Below are positions 6,863-7,166 of a stretch of 7,166 nt of DNA, piece by piece. The stretch spans positions 1 to 7,166 of the forward strand of contig JAWBIX010000017.1 in the NCBI GenBank assembly GCA_038833255.1. The letters run 5' to 3'. The stretch is from Nanopusillaceae archaeon (GTDB lineage Archaea > Nanobdellota > Nanobdellia > Nanobdellales > Nanobdellaceae). The position numbers and the translations under genes were made by a program. The notes under the pieces were generated by a model. The model worked only from the letters and a program-made list of their open reading frames with translations. It was not told the origin of the DNA and searched no databases. Position 1 is the first letter of the stretch; every line of letters starts with the position of its first letter.

Positions 6863-7109
6863 GTGTTAGAATCAGACTAATGTAGGATTGAAATAGTTTC
6901 CACTTTATCTACCATTTCAAACTCGCCCTTAGTTAGAATCAGACTAATGTAGGATTGAAATACAACGTATCTCGCGAAATCTCGTAGTATACTACTTAAC
7001 TTAGAATCAGACTAATGTAGGATTGAAATTATATATTATAATAGTAATATTACCCTTTTATATTTTTGTTAGAATCAGACTAATGTAGGATTGAAATAAT
7101 ATATTATTC

Positions 7110-7166
7110 ATGGAAGGCCCAGGAGTATTAGTAATTAAAGAGAAGTTGGAATTTTTAAAGGGAAAA
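7110..7166 (+). CDS. Possible 5' end of an unidentified CDS running off the window (MEGPGVLVIKEKLEFLKGK...)
   Basis: ATG at 7110, 12 nt after the last repeat. The frame is open for 19 codons to the window edge, with an in-frame TGA at 7092-7094 upstream. Local G+C rises (ggaaggcccaggag). This is too short to assign or even to be sure it is coding. Confidence 0.25.
   Translation, partial: MEGPGVLVIKEKLEFLKGK

Larger units (their letters stand above)
5247..7097 (+). CRISPR. CRISPR array: 28 x 30-nt repeat GTTAGAATCAGACTAATGTAGGATTGAAAT, 27 spacers (35-43 nt)
   Basis: Repeat starts: 5247, 5312, 5378, 5445, 5510, 5579, 5646, 5713, 5781, 5847, 5914, 5985, 6052, 6119, 6185, 6251, 6318, 6386, 6452, 6523, 6589, 6657, 6730, 6796, 6865, 6932, 7000, 7068. 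Positions 2-29 are identical in all 28 copies. The only variants are G1T (5510), T30G (6825) and G1C (7000). The plus orientation is inferred from the 3' ATTGAAAT (the 8-nt crRNA 5'-handle of Cas6-processed type I/III repeats) and from the AT-rich leader on the left flank. Confidence 0.98.

Noticed and set aside
7127-7160. Possible degenerate terminal repeat (attagtaattaaagagaagttggaatttttaaag)
   Set aside because: It reaches only about 18 of 30 matches and needs gaps. The implied last spacer would be 29 nt, shorter than all the others. The segment also overlaps the putative ORF starting at 7110.
1-7166. Searched both strands for tRNA/rRNA genes, IS elements with terminal inverted repeats, and cas genes
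   Set aside because: There are no G+C-rich islands with cloverleaf-compatible stems. No transposase-like, integrase-like or Cas-like ORFs appear in the six-frame track. All long ORFs are accounted for by the five genes listed.

Overview
Very AT-rich window whose gene content looks archaeal: a Thermococcales/Methanococcales-type CRISPR repeat, a COG1373 'archaeal ATPase', no Shine-Dalgarno motifs and TATA-like boxes. This domain call is an inference. Bases 1-5037 hold ordinary genes. These are the 3' end of an M48 (HtpX-like) peptidase, a RumA/TrmA-family Fe-S m5U RNA methyltransferase 7 nt downstream, a convergent compact class-I-type photolyase, a small two-TM ORF, and a convergent AAA_14/DUF4143 ATPase with a PD-(D/E)xK-like C-terminus. 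Bases 5038-5246 are an AT-rich non-coding region with no credible ORF, shared by the divergent ATPase and a CRISPR leader, and carrying a GC-rich 9-bp inverted repeat. Bases 5247-7097 are a CRISPR array of 28 copies of a 30-nt repeat (GTTAGAATCAGACTAATGTAGGATTGAAAT) and 27 spacers of 35-43 nt. No cas gene is visible on either side of the array. The main things to follow up are the ATPase-nuclease abutting the leader and several oddities in the array. The oddities are a duplicated repeat-spacer unit, a spacer carrying an intrinsic-terminator-like hairpin next to a variant repeat, a spacer antisense to a Walker-A motif, and an A bias at spacer position 1. I found no compelling evidence for a wholly new multi-gene system. 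All homology statements come from motif recognition by eye and need database confirmation.
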